From the IMG/VR virus record IMGVR_UViG_3300030330_001255: a stretch of 27,729 nt of DNA. One strand, 5' to 3'. Position numbers and translations under genes: made by a program. Shown here one piece after another: positions 26,098-27,729 of this stretch; positions within the stretch are counted from its first letter, which is position 1, and the number at the start of each line of letters is the position of its first letter. The notes under the pieces were generated by a model. That model saw nothing but the letters and a program-made list of their open reading frames with translations, did no database searches and was not told where the DNA came from. Source of the DNA: an uncultured virus (IMG/VR IMGVR_UViG_3300030330_001255) (Duplodnaviria > Heunggongvirae > Uroviricota > Caudoviricetes).

Positions 26098-26300
26098 CGA
26101 CAGATACAACCAAAAAAATCTCCACTACCATCATTCATCACATGTCTATTGATAAAATCGTGGTACGTGGTTAGTTTTAATCTTAAAATATCACAAAGAT
26201 CAAAACAATTTACTTCTGTGTGCAGAACAAGGTCAGATAGCATAGCTTTAGTTACAGGAACTAAACTATACACTCCATCATTTAAGATTATTAGATCCAC
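26094..26300 (-). CDS. Small Cys/His-containing hypothetical protein, 68 aa (GTG start)
   Basis: The start overlaps the helicase 3' end by 10 nt and the stop overlaps the endolysin stop, filling the gap exactly. Confidence 0.65.
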   Translation of the reverse strand: MDLIILNDGVYSLVPVTKAMLSDLVLHTEVNCFDLCDILRLKLTTYHDFINRHVMNDGSGDFFGCICR

Positions 26301-27727
26301 TGTTTTAGGTCTTCACCCATTATTTCTGTAGCGATATTAACTTTGTTTCTCAAAGACTCTACTATTTTTTCATCTACAGTATCATCCGCTAACATATCAA
26401 TGTAGGTTACATTATTTTTTTGACCTATTCTGTGTGCTCTATCTTCAGATTGTAATCTTTTTTCTAAATCATAACTGTTAGAATAATATATTACAGCTTT
26501 TGCTTCTGTTAGTGTAATACCGTATCCACCTGTTTGAGGATTACCTATAAAAAATCTAACCTTAGAATTAGGATCTTGAAACTTTTTAATATTTTCTTGT
26601 CTTTGATCAGCACTGATAGCACCATAATAAGTTACTATAGACTCCATTCCATATTTTAAATTACCTTCTTCGTCTTTCATGTGAGATATAGCCTTTATAA
26701 TATTTTTAATATCGTGAACATAATTAGCCCATATAATAACTTTGCCATCCACTTCCTCTATTAAGTTTAATAAATCTTTAATTCTGTTATTATTTAATTC
26801 TATTACCTCATCATCGTCTGTTTTCATATGCCCACAAGTTATTTGATGTAGTCTCATTAATTGAGTTAATACAGTGCTGGTAGACATAACCTTAGAGTTC
26901 AGATGTGCGAGGGCCGTGGTTCGCATTTGATCGTATAGTTCTCTTTGTTCTTTGGTTAATTCTACTCTATGTTTTATAAATATTTTATCTGGTAAGTCCA
27001 AGCAATCCTCCTTTAATATTCTAAATGAAAATGGTTTAATACTCTTTTCTAACTCTTCTAGTCTTTGATACCCCGAAACTAATTGTATAGATCTACCATT
27101 AATTAACACTCTACGCATAATCGCATATCTATTTCTAAAAGATACGTAAGAAAAAAAGTTTAATAAAAACGGATCTAAAAAATAACACTGACTAAACAAA
27201 TCTAAAGGTGATTTAGTTACAGGTGATCCTGTTAATATTCTACGATATAAGGCACCATCAGCTATCTTAATTATATTTTTAGTTCTAGCAGCACCAGGGT
27301 TTTTAATAGTGGTGCTTTCATCAATCGCCATCATAGCCTTATGTGTTCTTAAAAATTTTTGTGCAGCATCAACACCTTTTTGTGTAGACAATGCTTCAAC
27401 GTTCATAATAAAAATATGAAGATCATCATCTATTTTTAATAAAGACTCAAATTCTTTTTTAAATTTTTTAGTATGATTTGCTTTCCACATCACAACTTTC
27501 TTTTTTACATGATCAGGCATATGTGTAGGTATCTCTTCTGAAAACCAATTTTTATACACACCTTTAGGTGCAACTATTAAAGCACCATCAATCTTTCCAT
27601 TGTCATAGAGCACAGCTATGTTATCTATTAATACTTTAGATTTACCTGTACCCATCTCCATAAACAACGCAAAATTTTTTTCGAATGCACTTCTTTCTAA
27701 TGCAATTAATTGATGCTGAAACGGTTT
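26291..27727 (-). CDS. SNF2-family (SF2) DNA helicase/ATPase, 5'-truncated by the window edge
   Basis: The frame stays open beyond 27667 (KPFQHQLIALERSAFEKNFALFMEMGTGKS). Motifs: I GTGKS, II IDEST, III TGSP, V GGYGITL, VI QSEDRAHRIGQ. Confidence 0.92.
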   Translation of the reverse strand, partial: KPFQHQLIALERSAFEKNFALFMEMGTGKSKVLIDNIAVLYDNGKIDGALIVAPKGVYKNWFSEEIPTHMPDHVKKKVVMWKANHTKKFKKEFESLLKIDDDLHIFIMNVEALSTQKGVDAAQKFLRTHKAMMAIDESTTIKNPGAARTKNIIKIADGALYRRILTGSPVTKSPLDLFSQCYFLDPFLLNFFSYVSFRNRYAIMRRVLINGRSIQLVSGYQRLEELEKSIKPFSFRILKEDCLDLPDKIFIKHRVELTKEQRELYDQMRTTALAHLNSKVMSTSTVLTQLMRLHQITCGHMKTDDDEVIELNNNRIKDLLNLIEEVDGKVIIWANYVHDIKNIIKAISHMKDEEGNLKYGMESIVTYYGAISADQRQENIKKFQDPNSKVRFFIGNPQTGGYGITLTEAKAVIYYSNSYDLEKRLQSEDRAHRIGQKNNVTYIDMLADDTVDEKIVESLRNKVNIATEIMGEDLKQWI

Positions 27728-27729
27728 TG

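Noticed and set aside
27665..27667. ORF-track TTG starts for the helicase (27667) and the first gene (53)
   Set aside because: Both frames remain open to the window edge with plausible coding sequence, so both genes are truncated by the window.
1..27729. Alternative genetic code or stop-codon recoding
   Set aside because: The standard code gives near-complete coding density, TAA and TAG both end genes at sensible boundaries, and no gene is interrupted by TGA.
1..27729. tRNA, CRISPR array, promoter or intrinsic terminator
   Set aside because: Intergenic gaps are under 20 nt once the 55-aa gene is included; no cloverleaf, spaced direct repeats or GC hairpin with a U tract were seen.

Overview
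The window is a gene-dense, AT-rich segment of a tailed dsDNA phage genome. It is most likely a marine podovirus of the HTVC010P-like (pelagiphage/uvMED) type, judged from recalled gene order and protein motifs without any database search. The + strand (1-26097) is one tightly coupled late operon: a truncated head-tail adaptor, tail proteins, a short fibre anchor, three tandem paralogous three-gene receptor-binding cassettes (Ig-like adaptor A, LamG/ConA+SPRY lectin B, YTGNG-repeat protein C), two repeat-containing tail proteins, a P22 gp10-like tail hub, small virion proteins (one missed by the ORF track), five probable internal/ejection proteins, a putative holin and a peptidase M15 endolysin. 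The - strand end holds a SNF2-type helicase that runs off the window and a small Cys-rich gene. No RNA gene, CRISPR array, mobile element or clear terminator was seen. The main observations are: (1) all three cassettes are split at identical points, possibly with strand donation from A to B; (2) one fibre adaptor carries a cupredoxin-like insert with a full His/Cys/His/Met ligand set; (3) an R-x-x-[YFL]-x-x-G-[GST] motif punctuates three internal virion proteins; (4) synonymous codon choices indicate avoidance of GGWCC and AAGCTT.
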